Source: the human T2T-CHM13v2.0 reference genome, Homo sapiens. From it: DNA of 64,000 bases. Shown piece by piece: positions 13,939-32,144 of the stretch. The position numbers and the translations under genes are program-made. The stretch is taken from assembly GCF_009914755.1 (NCBI RefSeq), contig NC_060925.1; one strand, 5' to 3'. The notes beneath the pieces were generated by a model. That model did no database searches and had not been told where the DNA came from. It saw only the letters and a list, made by a program, of their open reading frames with translations. Within the stretch, counting starts at the first letter, position 1; the number at the start of each line of letters is the position of its first letter.

Positions 13939-16900
13939 CATACACTGTACTATAAAACAAACACAAAGCTATAAATAAAGGCGAGGATATGATTAACATA
14001 AAATTCTTGATAGTAGTTACTTCTGGGAGAAGAGGTGATATAATCTGGAAGTATAACTAAGAGCCTTGGAACTACTGATGGTGTATGGTGCAGGGGGGAA
14101 GTTCTGCAAGTTTGGATGATTTTCTTACCCTAGGATCAATTTATCTCAGATAGCTAGTTAAAAGCAGTAAAGAGATGGAAAACTAAATTTCCTGACTACA
14201 AACAGGTTCCCAACAGCATTTCCAAATGATAGTTCTAAAAACAAAAAGCAGGGTGGAGGGAGAAGTTCCTTTAGGAAATATTACAAATCATATTTATCTG
14301 CAAAAGTTCTACTTAAAAAGCACTGAAGTCCTAAATTTCAGAAACTTACTTAAATGGCTTTAATTTGGTGTTTCCCAGACAAACTGTACCACTGAACACT
14401 CCTTTTCCTTTTCCATATCCTACAAAATGACTACTTAAAATCCGAGATTAAATTTTTAAAAATTAAATCTCAAAGTATGGAAGCCTAAGATAGAAAGAGA
14501 CTGGCAAAATTACATAGGGCCTTGAAACCAGCAGGCAAAGGAGAACCAATGAAAATTTTTGAGCAAACCCAAACCAGGGCAATGAACAGAACCAGATTTT
14601 AGAAAGATTACAGTAAGAATAATACTCTGTATGAACAGTAGTGTGAAATTGTGGGGGTGCTAATCACAAGGTCACTGTTAGAGTTTGAGAACTCATAAGA
14701 AACTGGACTAAAACAGAGGTAGTACAGATGGAAAGGAGAGATGCAAATTTCACCAACAATATAGAAAGATTTTTCTGGATTTGTCAACTGACTAGGGAGG
14801 AGTAAGGAACAAAAAAAGAACTAAAATATTTTCAGTAGGACGACTAAAATACATAATTTAGTTAAATCTTCACAGCCAGCCTATTAGATAGGTATTATGA
14901 AAGACTCAAAACTTAATTTTTCCAAAAGCATAAAACTAGTAAATGATGAAGCTAAGAATTGAGTATTTCAGTTGAATACCTCAAAAATAAAGAATGCATT
15001 GAACTTATCTTTGGATCCACAGCCCAACACTGTTTCCTTTACAGCAAGAATAAGACTTTAAGCTTTCTAGACAGGTGACTAGGAGATAATGGTATTAGTG
15101 TATATGGAATATATATTATATATGGACATATAGAAATCAGAGGTGCTAACTTGTTGGTGAAGACTCTATCTTCAATTCCCTCCCTCCCTTGGATAATCCA
15201 TCCTTCATATTCTTCCAGGGGACTGAAAAGACAGATCAATGAAGAAATGAGTTACAATTCTTGCAGAGAACTTAAAAGCTTTTCTCAGAAGCATAGGAAA
15301 GACTCAACTGCTAAGAACTGGTAGCAATTACCTAATTCTGATACCTGGCTAGCACTGTGTCCAACCATGGTGCCTAAGAATGCAATAACCAGTAAGGATC
15401 TACCTACTGGGAAGCTATTTCAATGGGAACAATTTTTTCAACTACACAGCTGTGTTTTTAAGCATGATTATTATGACTATCAGGATGATCTCTTCATTAG
15501 AAAGGTCGAAGTTTCTTTTTTATTATTTAAATAAAGCACTTTACCTATTAAAACTTAATTGAACCATAAGACATCATCTAGTATATGACATTCTCAGAAA
15601 AATTCCAGTCATATAATTAAATGTCCTTCAAAATGAAATAGAGTAAAAAATAAAATAAATAGTGCACAAATCTTAAACTCAGTAATACTTTCTTTATGGT
15701 TCTTGATTCCTTACTCAGTATCATCATTCATGCAAACCAATGTATTTAACAACTGAAATGGAATATAGCCTCCTAAAATAATGGATTCTAGAAGGTAACC
15801 ATTATAAACTATTGTCAGCTGACATCAGTAAGAAAAATCTACCCCCTTTCCCCAAGGGAGATAACAATTTCATGGCGAGAACAAGTTAAAGAAATATCCC
15901 ACTATTCCACTATGAACACATAAAACATTTTAAACACAATTTATTAAGCATGTAACTAATAACAGTTATGCAGTCATCTGCTTACGTGAACTAGGCTGCA
16001 AACAACTTTAAAAGGACATTTTTTAGGACATTTTCATCGAAGGAAGCAAACTGAGCAATTATGAACAGGCCATGACAGCAGAAAGAGGTGAAAAGTGAGC
16101 CTTCCAGGTGGGGCCGATCATTTCAACATCTAAGAAACAATTCACTCCTGTTTGGTAGTATTAGAGGTGGCTTCTCTTATATGTGAAAGAATGTGGGCCC
16201 ATATGTCATGTCAAGTCACTTAAAATCTCCCAGAGGACCTGACTGCTATAATGGAACTGTCCAATCTCCAGGCAGACCACGGCCCGCCCATCCCTCCCTT
16301 TTCTGCTTCATGCCATCACCTCTTCCTTACATTCCCCTCTAGAAGACACCATGCTGCTTTATGACCTAAGTGCCTGCTCATGCCCTCCCCTCTGCCCAGA
16401 GTGGCTACCCTGCTATTCTTCACCTGGATAATGACTACTACTTTTCCAAGACTGCTCTCAAGTTCTATCTCCTAGAAAAGTAATTCCTAGACTGCAGAGA
16501 TGGTCATTTCACTTGTAAATATGATAAAAATACAAAGAGTATAGACACACTGCGGTCTTTTGGGTCTTTGGCTTGTATCTTACTGTTTAACCAAATCTAT
16601 ATTACATTCTTTTAAAGATCCAAGAGTTAACTGTACCTAAATCTAGGTTTTAAAAATGGCTCCTAACACATTGGATGAGATATATTTAAATCTCTAAAGA
16701 TAAGAAAATGAAGAGCACACATTTTCCAGATCCCAGGGAAAAGAATCATTAAATCTCAAGCACTAGGGTTTTCTTCAGCCAGTTGTCAAGGATCAGAAGG
16801 AAAAGCAATTGAATGAAATAGGCACTAGACTCAAACTTATTGCTCTATTCAGTCTGCTGGAGTCCACCAATACAAACAGACAGGGAAAATAATATCTTTA

Positions 16901-17058
16901 CAGTAAAATGCCTGAATTCTCAATTAACTATAATAGTGCTTCTATAACCAACTCTATTTGAAAAGGAGTTAAGGCAAAACTGTGTGTAGTGTATTTGCTA
17001 GTGAAAACCCAGAAAGTTTTCACTAGAAGACCAAAGAGAAACTATGGTCTGTACAACG

Positions 17059-17442
<384 letters not shown>

Positions 17443-18226
17443 TAAACTTCACTTACTCATTTAGGTCATCCACTTACCCACCTATCTCTACCACCTTAAG
17501 GTTGCATTAAGTACCTGCAACATGCAATGCTTTGTCGGAAAGAAATGATACATCTTTTCAGCTTAGGCTAAGATAGGGAAGATGATATACACAAGGGAGG
17601 AGTATTTGACCAATCAATGGTTTTTCTCCCTTTTATGGCCATCATAGCATCTAAAGAAGTTTTGAATTTAAATATATTCGACCAGGGAATGCACTTTCTA
17701 GTGTGCTGATACATCCCCTAACACCAAGCTACTTCACACATGTATATTATCTGCCTGGCCACTAGAAGGCATTTGAACTTCGGACTCCTGAGATAAATGA
17801 GTGATAATAGTTCCTTTACAGTTACAAAGTCCTATCACTTACACTATTTCATCTTATCTTTTATTATTCCTATTATAGGGATGAGAAACATTAAGCTCAA
17901 AGGGGTGATTTCTCCAAGGTCACACAGCCAGTAAATCATGGATCTGGGAGAGGTTATTCTGCATCAGCTAGAGAGAATTCAGGTATGAAAATGGAAAGAT
18001 AAGTAGAAGCACTAGTGGCAAAGGCCTAGAATTGCAAGAAAAATAGTTTATATTTTATTTTGTAAATCAAGGAAAGGCAGTAAACAATTTAAATTAGAAC
18101 TCAAAAGGGTCACCAAGATCATATTAGAATTTGAGGAGACTTGATAGTGGTACAAAAGAAAGTAGAAAAGTTAACTGTTAAACAGGGAGAATAGCTAGGC
18201 TATGTCAACAGCCAAGAGACTGAAAT

Positions 18227-18360
18227 GGAACATATATATATGATGAACATATACATATGCATATATATAATGGACATATATAAATGCATATATATATGAT
18301 GGACATATATATATGAATTTTGACTTCTAATTTAAATTGTGTGTACGTGTGTGTGTGCGT
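18227..18360. repeat. Degenerate (TA)-rich repeat with GGACATATATA-like units, followed by short (GT)n
   Basis: Read directly. Confidence 0.85.
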
Positions 18361-21300
18361 AAGACTAATGGACCTGTTTAAAAACATTCGTTTTGCTTGA
18401 AAATAGTAAAATTTCCCTGGTAATTCCTAAAAGCCTAGTTAAAAGCATTGACAAAATTTCTGTCTGTAGGATGAATTCACATTCAGCTAGAAAGATTAGC
18501 AAGACAGATGGAGGAGACAGACAAAAGGACCAGAAATAACTAAACCCTGGCTAATATCTTATTATGTGAGTTACTTATTCTGTCCAAATCATAACTTCCT
18601 CTTTTGAAAGGTGAGTACGATAAAACTGTTGTCCTTCAAAAAACTGAGTTCTAACCATGCAAAGGTGACAACTGTGACATTACAGTTATTGTTAGTCTAC
18701 ACTATTGACAGTAATAGAGAAAACCCTAAACCTTAGCAATACATGAACTCTGTATTAACCAATTCTATAAGATAACTAGAAGAAATCACCGAAATCTATT
18801 ATCAGTATTTTAAAAGAAAGGCATAAGCATTTTAGTTTATCATTTTTTATTTAAAGAAACATGATCTGATTTACTTTTATATTTAATGTGATGGGAAAAA
18901 CAATCAGGAAGTACACATAAGTCAGATTATTTTTAAAGTTTTTACAGCTAGCTAAATGTATTAAAACCTATAATTTGTTAATGTAGAAATTAATTTGGCA
19001 AGTCCAAATGAGTAATATATTTTATATTAAAGACTTCGTATATCAAAAAAATGAACAAGTTCACAACTTAAAGAAAGAACTATTTTTTGATGAACAAGAA
19101 AGACTTGGAATTAATTTCTGATCTTTGCCTTAGAAAATGTACCTTTTCCTTGCCATGTACGTAGCCCAAATAATTAATTCTACTCCGTCTATTCTGGCTA
19201 CACAAGTTATATTTTTTAACTGCTAACTTAATCATATGGCATCTTGTATTATAGCAACTACATCAATTTGCCAATAAGTTACCAGTTTGAGTCAAATTAG
19301 TTAATGTCACTTTCTACTTTAGAATTTTAATTGGTATAACTCAAAAAGTATAGGCTTAACACCAAGCCTCAAAACACGTTGATTTCAAACACATTTTTAT
19401 TAAATTGGTGGGAAAGTAGATGGCTTCTCACTTTCATTTTTAAAGTTTATATAATAGCACAGAGGAGGTGAAGGTATACAAAAATGGATACCAATATGAC
19501 TTCACTATGGAATCAGTGAAAGTACAAAATTAAAATAACAAGAACCAGTGTTCACCACATGATATTGAAAAAATCTAATTTAAGTAACATTAAAGAGTGT
19601 AAAGAATGGGAAATGTTCATGAATCATTTATCGAATTTTTAAAACTGAGCACCACATTTTGTACATGTAGTGTTCATGGAAAACCAAACTGATTTCAATC
19701 ACTTAGGGTACATTATAAAAACAACCTGAACATGTATATTTAGAGATTAAAAATCTTATTAACCTGGAGGTTAATAGGAAGATATTTCTGTAAGACATAG
19801 AGATAGAATATAGCTTCCTTTTAATGCCACTTTTGGGTTACTGCTATCAACAGAAAATAAAAGCAGACTCCCATTCTGATCAATATCTGAAACCTAATTC
19901 AAATGGTTCTCTTCTTTGTACTACTTACATGGAATGATAGTACAACCCCAAGTATTTCAGCCCACCCCTGACTTTTGATTCAAAAATGGATCTATGGTAA
20001 CAGTCATCTAACAACCTCTTAAGTGCTTGTTTTATGAATCTGGCCCTTACTCAAGAAGTTTCATTGAAAAGTCTTTTAACCTCCTTCTGAAAAGAATTTA
20101 CAGGACTGTATTTAAGTTCAAGTTCAAGGGTATTAAAATGTACAAAGGAGGGTGAAAAAGGTGCTAGGTTATAGATTTTAACTTCTTAACTAGAAAAATG
20201 ACTCAAAATAGATTTTCTAATTTACAATGAATCAAAAGAGAAAACATTAGACCATAGCAGAAGTGGCACAAATGTATCAAAAACCAAATGAATAAACATT
20301 TGAGGAGATTTATTATTAGAAATTGCAATAAATTTTGGAAAGATGAATTGATTTTAGTTAAAAGGTATAACTGACAATTTATTGGGCGGGAAGATGCATT
20401 ATTTTCCAATTGTTATCCATCTACAGTAAAACTGATTTGTGTCCTATTGTATTTTATGGAAAAGGAGAGTGCAACTTTCAGTGATTTAGATTAAATGTAT
20501 TACTCATAACCAAGCACTGTGAACTATATATCTACTATTAAAGAAGATTTTTGACATTTAATTCTGTAGCAATATTTTGGCTCTGTACCACTCTTCCTAA
20601 ATCCAATTCCTGCTACAGTTGGCAGATTTCTCCCTTTTAATTTTATGAGGCTTAAAGTAGCATTTAACCACCCATGCGGTAAATAATGCGGGATTAGAAA
20701 TATTTAGTGTTTTGTTTCCCTTTCAAGAGTGGTAATCCATCAAATCCAAAAATGTTCTCTAAAATTTTTCTATGTTTTCGGCAATCTGTAATATATGGTA
20801 TCGTAAAAACCATAAAATTAAATAAAATGCATTACATAGCTAGAATAGATCTGCTTTTGTAAAGAACTGCGTTAACCTAAAAAAGCAGGTAAAATTCACT
20901 TTCAACCAGAAGCATGAATCCTTATTGCAAAACAAAACAAAATAAAAATTAAAGATTAAAACAGGATATTTAATTAGAATCTTTTAATTTTGTTTCTTCA
21001 GGTAATGAATCTTAAGGAGTATGCAAATAATTTCTAAGCAGTTTAACCATTTAATATCTATCTAAACAAGATACTGTTACAAGTATTAGAATAATACAGA
21101 ACAATTATTTAACATCTAGATGCTCTAGGTACGTGGCTAAGTGCTCCATAAATGTAAAACTAAATTTTAAACTGAATATATCATATGTGATGCATATTTG
21201 TTCCCAAGAAACACATTTAACTCATAATTTTTTCACACATGTGAGGCACGAGGCAAAAATGAATTGATTCATCTACAGGAGCTAATATTTCTAAGTATAA

Positions 21301-22490
21301 TTTAGAACAGTTACAAAACATTTTTATATTTAACATGTGAGCTTAAAAATAATTAACAACTGCTGTTTAAAAAAAGTATATTTTATTATTGAATCAAAAT
21401 AACCAACAGAAGTAAAACTGACTTTAAACAAAATCAAATTCCAACTTTTAAATTTTAATTTATATGAAATGCTAATTTTGGTTATTAATGATTCCAAATT
21501 ATTATAATAATCACACTGTAACTTCATGTGGTACTTTGAGATATATCAAAGTAATAAAGTAACCTGTCAAATGAGTAATTATCTATATTTAATCTATATA
21601 TAAAACAAATGGCCCAGAAATGAGTAAAGTCTGTAATTCACTCAAGACACAGTGATGCTATATATTCATGGTTAGAACATCTAATTTCTTCATACATATT
21701 CATATCTTAATTCACTTTTTAAAAAATTCATGATTATAATTGTTATAAAAATAAGTTTATGTCCTCCTAAATGAAATCAAGGATTACTTATTAGAAATAA
21801 GATAATCTAAAAAGAAAGTGTTTGTGTGTGCACATGTGTGTAAAGGTACCTTTCCCATATATAAAGTGCCTGCTTTGCCCTCCTTGTCCTTCACAGTGCT
21901 ACACTGTGGAGCTGGGAGTTATACATTGGGAGAAATAGGATGAAAGAAAACGCATCCAGTCAGCTAGACAGCTGGCACCTTTAAGGAGCATGCCAAAGGA
22001 AAGTAAAGGCATTTCAGTAACAAACATATGATTACAGTAAGATGTTAAGGAAAGAGGGTGACTCTGAGATTACATTCAGTCAAGGAATGAGTTAGATTAA
22101 TTGGTATTTCCTAAAAACAGTCAATTCCAAAAGTTGAACAAGCACAGTTTTGAGAAGCTATATGAGGAAGAAGGATTACTGAAGAAGGAACAGGTCTGAT
22201 ATTAGTATATATGAAAGGGGCTAATGCCAAATATGTGGCTTGAATTAAATTATTTATTTCAATATCATTTATAATTTTAAAGAGTAAACTAAGGATTCAA
22301 TAGTAAAAAAACCCTTGAATCTTTCCTCAAAAGGGGAACTCAATCAAATTTTGAGACAGGCAACATTGAAAAATTCACAAGTAATGTAAATTTCAAGTCT
22401 CAGTGTTTTCAAAAGTAACATTCAAAAAAGCAACATCACTATAGCTCTAGCTGAAAATATGGAAAAAGCGTATTATTCTGAGAATTTTAA

Positions 22491-22874
<384 letters not shown>

Positions 22875-24081
22875 TGAACCCATAAAATGGATCCTATAAA
22901 CGTGCTCCTTAGAAAACATTAAGTGTTATTCAAATATTTACTGTTGTCACTAACCTTTAAAATATATATATAAAAAAGAAAACTGACAGGTAACAGAATA
23001 ATTTACTTTTTAATAAACTTGAGAAAGAAAAAACCTACATGTCACAGTAAGGACCTTTTAACATAACTTAAATCAAAAGATACCAAAGAATAGGAGAGAA
23101 AACATTAAGTGGGGTGAAGTGGTAGAAGAAAGAATTGATAGAAGGAAGGATGAAGAGTATCTTTACATTATGAAAAATGATAACATTGAAAAATAAAACA
23201 CACTTACAATTCAAAAGATTTAATTTCATAAACCAAACTCAGAATAATGACTTGCCCAGTATATTCATTAAATTGACCAAAATATCTGGCTGAGATATAT
23301 TATTTTAGTAGGCAATTAGGTCTATCCAATTTTTAAAAAATTAATTGGAAATATATATTTTACCCTTACAAGGAATGCTGTATAGCTTGATGGTTAAGTC
23401 CTTGGGAAATTGGCCACAGGGTAGCGTTAAAATCCTGTGACCTTGAACAAGTCATTTAAGGCATTTGTCCCTCAGTTTCCTGGTCTGTAAGATGGAGAGG
23501 AGATAATATTGACCTAATTAGGCTTTTTGTGAACATTAAATGATTTGATATACATAAAAAGATTAGAATAACACCTGGCAATTAATAAGAACTCAATAAA
23601 TGTTAGCTATTATAATGAATAGTAATCAAATATTTCTGCCCTTTTATATTAGTTTAACACAAAAGCTGATATGAAAAATAATAATATTCTATAATGAAAT
23701 ATTATACTGCCAAACGAATGAAAATATAGGTATGATTTAGAATCTCTCCGTCATTTTTTCGAAGTGTAAAAAGCAAGGTTAAAGTCACAGAAGCTCTATT
23801 TGTACAGATGAGTATGGAAGGGACTGGGCATAGGGAAGGACTTCCTACTGGATACTTTCTGTCTATCTGAATTTTAAAACCTGTGTATTTATTATTTTAA
23901 AATAATGATAATTAAAAGAAAAGAACACTAGCTAGGACTTCCCAGGAAACATAACACATTGATCATATATTTATTTCAGCTTCCTCCCAAAGCCCAATTA
24001 AAATCAATAGAATAAAAAGGTACAACTCCACAAGGACAAAGAGAATAGGAATAAGATACCAATAGACAAAATATGTCAACA

Positions 24082-24393
24082 GGCCAGGTGTGGTGGCTCA
24101 TACCCGTAATCCCAGCACTAAGGCTAAGGCGGGAGGATCACTTAAGGCCAGGAGTTCGAGAACAGCATGGACAACATAGCAAGACCCCTGTCCCTACCAA
24201 AAAAAAAAAAATTAAAGATTAGCTGGGCATGGTGGTCAGTGTCTATAGTACTAGCTACTCAGGAGGCTGAGGCAGGAGGATCACTTGAGCCCAGGAGTTC
24301 CAGGCTGCAGTTAGCTATGAGGGAACTACGGGAACTACTGCACTATAGCCTGGGCAACAGAGTGAGACTCTTGTCTCTTAAAAAAAAAAAAAA
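24082..24393 (+). mobile_element. Alu (J-type, internal GGGAACTAC duplication)
   Basis: Alu similarity, A tail; sits within an old L1-like tract. Confidence 0.9.
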
Positions 24394-25136
24394 CGGCAAA
24401 ATCACAGAAGATGAAAATCAAACGGATGCGAGGCTGACCGCCCAGCTTCTTCTATATGCAACAGGGTGGGGAGAGGGTGGCAATAAAAAACAAGCTGACT
24501 GAAACACCAGACTCCAGAAAAGTTCACAAATTGGAGGCTCTAGATACCTCTTAAACAGGCAATTCATGGATAGTCTATTTTTTAAAAAGTTGATCTCCAG
24601 ATCCCATTTCTCAGCCCATCCAGTCATATATTACAACTTCTACCCTATATCCCACCAGAAGCTCAAAACTGATTATATGAAAATGTTAAACTAGAAAGGG
24701 GTCATTCCTACAAAGCTCATGATACCCTTTTACTAAAATCAGGAAAATTCAGTGAAAGTCTGCACAATGAATGCTCCCTGTCCTTGTTTATAACAAGAAT
24801 GTTGGCTAGTGGACTCCATTCTATCCCCACCCCAAATAACAAAGGCATATCGTTCTCTCTGCAACTTGTCACAGGGAAATCCCTACGGATAGCAACACAT
24901 ACAGATCCCCCAACCAAAAGGTCTAGCAAGCCCTGCATCTGCACACTAGGCATCCAATCATGTTTTTAATGTGCTGTCAACTGGGACTGTATATGCTATC
25001 ATTTCATGAAGCACATAAAAGGGCAAAATTAAAACAATGAAAACCTTGGAAACTAATATTTTTCAGAAAGAATGTTGTTACTTAAAGTTACACTGGCAAT
25101 ATAACTAGTGGCGGAAAACTGCCTATAAAACATAGG

Positions 25137-25444
<308 letters not shown>

Positions 25445-25482
25445 CCATAAGGTCATACCCGGTAAATAACCATCAACATTAA

Positions 25483-25800
<318 letters not shown>

Positions 25801-28324
25801 TAAAAAAATATTAAACACATACAATGTGCTAATAGCTCCCATCGTTGGAGCTACTGTATGTGCTAACAGGACTCCCATCATTGGGTAGACATAGTTAAAG
25901 TAAGCAGATGGTTAACAGTATAAAATACTAGGTTATCTGTGAATTAATTAATGAGTGGCAGAGACAGAAGATATAATGCCATTTCAGATAACAGAGTGAC
26001 CTCAAAAGTGTGAAGAGTTGGGGAAGGTTTTGAAAAAAAGGTACAGAATTGAACTGATACCTGAAGGACACGAATCTAGCAGGAAGAAGTGAGGGATACA
26101 CTGTTGTGAACAGAGGTGTAAAATACACGGATATGGTTGAATATGAGAAGGCTGGAGAAAGAGTGGGGGCACTGAGAACATAACACCATCTGGAAAGGAG
26201 TGAAGTATTATAGGTCATAGGTGAAGAGTGAAAATAGAAAAGAACAAATCCGAATTTTATTAAGACGGTAATGGAAACTATTTCTTGGCACAGGAGTGAC
26301 ATGAGCATAACCACACTTTAGAAATGTTTACTTGCAGTTATGTGTGATATGGATTACAGGCAGGAAAATCAAAAGACAGACCAGGGAGGAGGCTATAAAA
26401 ATGTAAGGCTATGAGATACTACACCAGGGTAGTGACAGATGAAATTGAAAAGAAGGGGCTGCTATGACAGATAAAGAAATAAGGCTCAGACTTGTCTAGA
26501 TGTGGCAAGAGTGGAGGCAGACAAAGATAACACATGAAACCAAATGTTACACTGAAGGACCAAAACCCACTTAGGATCAATGCTTCCCTTAACAAATGTT
26601 AGGTCTCTTTCTTTGCTCCCCTTTTCTCAATTAATTTTCAGTTACCAAACTGTAAGGTACTTGAGGACAAATTTTGTATCCCCAGCCCCTTGAACAATGA
26701 AGACATCCTAAGTCTTCATGACATGTGCTTACAGCTGAACCAAAAACTTTATAGTTGAAAACACAATTAGGCAAGACATCAAGTTTCTGAGTCAAATGTA
26801 ACATATACTTATTTATTCATCTGACAAATGATATAAAATACTTTTGTGAATTTTTATAAAGTATTTTTGTGAATTGAAAAATTAGAAGAATTTATTAAGG
26901 ATATATGTAAATGAGATAAAATGAGATGAAATCTAAGTAATAAACATTTAGTTTTTAAAGAACAGTTTCTAGATTGAATACTTCAAAATCGATTCAAATC
27001 TAAAACACCTCAAAAAAACCAAGTAGATACCATTAAATGTTACTACATAGTTACATGTCACTTAAAGATAAACACTCCTGCAAGTTCAGAATTGTATGGA
27101 CCTGGAATACTTCAGTAGTAAACTGTCTATGACCAAATATGAGATTTAAATATGAATTTCTAAGAGGAAGATTAATGGCACAAGTCATTACTCCTTTGGT
27201 ATGGAAAAAAAATAATCAAATTGCCCCCATTAAGTACTGGTCAGTGTTTCAGATAATTGGGACTGAACAACAAAAATTTTACAAGTTTTATTGGCTTAAA
27301 ACATACATAAGTACCTGTTGGCATCTCTGGTTTATCAGAATCCCCTTTCCTGGATGACAGTCAACAAATAACTGGTTGGCATCCTCTAACTATAGTAAAG
27401 AAAACTCCTATCTAGATGATTTCATTATGAATTTTCAGTTCTTCAAATTCACCTTCAGTTGGAGGACTTGCAGGTGACTTCCGTATAGAAAGTACTTGTT
27501 AAATATTATTTGGAAGTGTTCTACCCATCATTGATTTTGAACTTTTCTGATATTAGATATCTGACATATCTGAAGGGAAAGTAGAAAACCGAAATTTATA
27601 GACCATCAGAATAATTGTATCAGAAACATAAAAGGGAGAAAAACAGAGTAGGAGCTTCCAAGAAAGTAAAATGTTTGCAGCATTTCTGTTTCCCTGATTT
27701 TGATTTTTAAAAAATAATAATAATGGGGACTATGGCAATGTCATCACCATTTTAAAAGACAACTAAAAAAAGGTGTTGCATCTTCATCTGTGAAGTCAAA
27801 TGGTTACAAATCAGCAGCCTTAATTTTGAAAGAAAGAGCATTTTAAAACAATTTTCAAAGGTTTGTTAGGATACAAAAAAGAAAAGTTTTAAAATGATGA
27901 TCACAGTCTAAGACGTATTTTTAGAAAACCTTACATTTGCAAATTCAATGTTTTTAAAGACATTCATTAAAAAGTCCATAGATCACATATATCTCGAAAA
28001 CAAAACAGTAAAATAAGCCATTTCTTTACTAATAAAGGAATGACTTAAGAATTTGTATGCAAATACTAAAGTGAGAAAAATAAAATGCAGAAAGCATGGT
28101 ATTTCATGCATTTTTAAAAAGCTAATAAAAAGACTAGTTGTACTGCATAATATTTAAGTAGCCATGAAAGCAGAAGAGTAAACTGGTAACCTCTGTAGCG
28201 AAGTTCTTACATATTAAATTTCAGGACATACATTATGATGAAATCTAAAGGGAACATCCAAAATGCTATATAAATATTTAGCATCTGTAAACTTTCTTTA
28301 AAAAAAATCATTCAAAAGTTACGA

Positions 28325-28475
28325 AGAAACGATACATGTTTGAGGTGATGGACATCGTAATTAATCTGATTTATTACATATTGCTTACGTGTTTCAAAAT
28401 ATCACATTACCCCATAAATATGTATAATTATTACTGTCTCAATTAAAAAAATAAACATAAAGGCAAAAAAAAAAA
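28325..28475 (+). mobile_element. L1MA-type 3' end with A tail
   Basis: TGTTTGAGGTGATGGA...AAAATATCACATTACCCCATAAATATGTATAATTA... Confidence 0.65.
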
Positions 28476-28779
28476 ATTCAGAAGCATTAGTAGTAAAGCT
28501 GTACCTGGTAAACAAAAGTGCCTTTTTTGCTATTCGCAGGCCTATCCATACTGACATTTAAAAGCTTTGGGCAATCTGATCAGGAATCAGGAGAGATGGC
28601 TAAAACCCATCCCACCAACTTCTTGAATGAACAGGTATGAATAATGTTCATTCAATAATGAATAATGAACACCCTTGCTCCTTTCCCCAGTTGTTATAAG
28701 GGCAATTAGAAGAAAGGCACTAGACTGTCCAAGGCTGTCCAAGGCTGAAAATTCCAGCCTGCAAATCATATTCTCTCCA

Positions 28780-29495
28780 ATCAACTTCATATCCTATAAT
28801 TCTCTAACACTTACCCTGCTTAATTTTCTCCATGTCCATTTTTATTTCCTTATTCTCCTCCCAACCTCCACCAGGTTTATTTTTATTCATTAAAATGTAA
28901 GCTTCAAGAGATCGTATCTAACTTGTTCATCACTAACACCCAAGGCCCAGCAGTATCTGATACTGGTATTACCTAGTATCAAAAATCTTTGTTAAACGAG
29001 TGGATGTCATGCAAGAGTTGATCAGAATATCAGGTCCAGTAAAAATTTAAGGGTTCAGTCTAGTCCATGGATCCTACCTACTGTAGAATAGGCATGGATC
29101 TTAGCCTCCTGATATAGTCTTAACTTGTAGTTACCTAATGTACTCTCTATACTGCTGCCCATGTAATCTTTTAAAAAACAAATCTGATAATTCTTAACCC
29201 CTTGGAGATTACATGGGTTCAAATGCATTCCTGTGGACCACAACGTCCATAAGCACCTAACCCATGCCCACATTTTCAGCCAAACCCTCCCTGCTACACA
29301 CCACTCCACACAAGCATATCTTATATCTCAGTAATACTGGATTCATGGTTTCCTGAATACCCCATGCTTTTTCAAACTTAATCCTTGACCATGCCTTTCT
29401 GTCTGCCAATTTCCCTCCCCATCAGTTGGTAAGCTCTAACTCATTCTCAAAGTCTCAGCTAAAAAGATCAACCTCCTTTAAAAGGCTTTCCCAGA
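28780..29495 (+). mobile_element. L2 fragments
   Basis: AATGTAAGCTTCAAGAG...TTGTTCATC...; CTAACTCATTCTCAAAGTCTCAGCT; similar L2-like tracts at ~25920-26530, 43790-44560 and 59480-59750. Confidence 0.45.
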
Positions 29496-30639
29496 GTTTT
29501 GCTAAGTTACATGAGAAAGGAGGGGAAAGGAATATAAGAAATACAGAGGATATAATCACAGCTGAACTAAAATAGCAATGTGACAGCTATGAGGCACATT
29601 GTAAAACAGGTTGGAGAGATAATGAGGGACCATGGAGGTCAGGCAGGGAGAACAAGCTGAAACAGAGCAAGCAAGCAGACCAGAAGGTGCTAGAATTAGA
29701 TCAGCAAAAAGGTACTATAGACTACCTGAGAAACATACAAAGGGAAGAAAGGGTGAAAATGGAGGACTGGGTTCCAGTGATTAATCTGATAGAAGCAGTA
29801 AAACATTTCATTATCATTTTTATTATGGCACACATCTTGATTGTGCTTGCCATTCAAGATACAAAGAATGCTTGTGAGTATTTCGAAAATAACTCACACT
29901 TTGTAACCAGGCATTTTGTGACCAAGAAATGAAGACTACTTTATGAAGAGAATTTATTTATATTTATTAATATTAGCAACATGACAGAAATATAACTTCC
30001 AAATCGTATTAATTTTGGCTTGTCAAAGGAAGAACATGTAATAAACTGTTTAAGTTGTAAACATTAATGTATATTATAGATATGTTAATAAGATTAATGA
30101 AAAAATATATATAAATAGCCTGTAGAAAAGTGTCTGGCACATAGTAAGTAAGCATCATTGTGTCTAATTACCAAAATACTAACATTCACTTTGCAAGGTT
30201 CCATATTTCTGAAGCATCACAAACCCAAATGACAATGAAGTCTATGAAGTCAAGCCAATTCGAAGACTAAGTTATCAGAGAAGCAAGAACCAATATTTTA
30301 AATATATGGAAAAATATGTTGTCAATTTTGGTAACATTAAAATACCAAGATTGAACACCTGTTTATATAGTTTTTCCTAAAGGGTTTTCAAGACTAAATA
30401 TGGAGAATATAATACACATTAAAATACTGTTAATTAAATGAACAAATATACTACTGTATTGGCACTATTTAAATTTGTAAATATCTGCTCTTTTAATAAA
30501 GCATAATACAATAAAAATATCAAGACAGACATCATTTAATAGAACTGAATGAAAAATTATTCAAGTCATATTTTCAAATAACTATGGATATTAAATTTTT
30601 ATGATATCGAATCTACAGTTGTAAATGACATCAAAATAG

Positions 30640-30993
<354 letters not shown>

Positions 30994-31074
30994 TAAAATG
31001 TCTTTTGTAAAAGAAATATTTATTATAATTCTATTAAGTTGTACCTTTCTAAGATACAGAATCAAGTTATCTCA

Positions 31075-31425
<351 letters not shown>

Positions 31426-31780
31426 TTAAACTGATTTTGAAATAAGATAAAATTAATATATAGTAATAGATCAGAATATACATGACATATATTTAAAATA
31501 TAACAGTTTAAAAACACTTTCTTCTTGTATTCTCCAAAGTATCCCAAAATGTCTTATGGATACAAACATGTATCAGTTCACAGGAGTTAAAATAAAGCAT
31601 TGCACTAGTGAATTCCACTCAAAAAATGTTAGATAATCAGTCATGGTCAAATTACAGTTGAGGACATAGGCTGTATTTTTTAAAATCATTTTAGATTTGC
31701 TTTCTATCATAAAAGTTTTCCTTTCTCTTAGACTATCAAGCGCCCTTATGTAAATTAACTGCATTTTAAATGGCCCTTCT

Positions 31781-32144
<364 letters not shown>
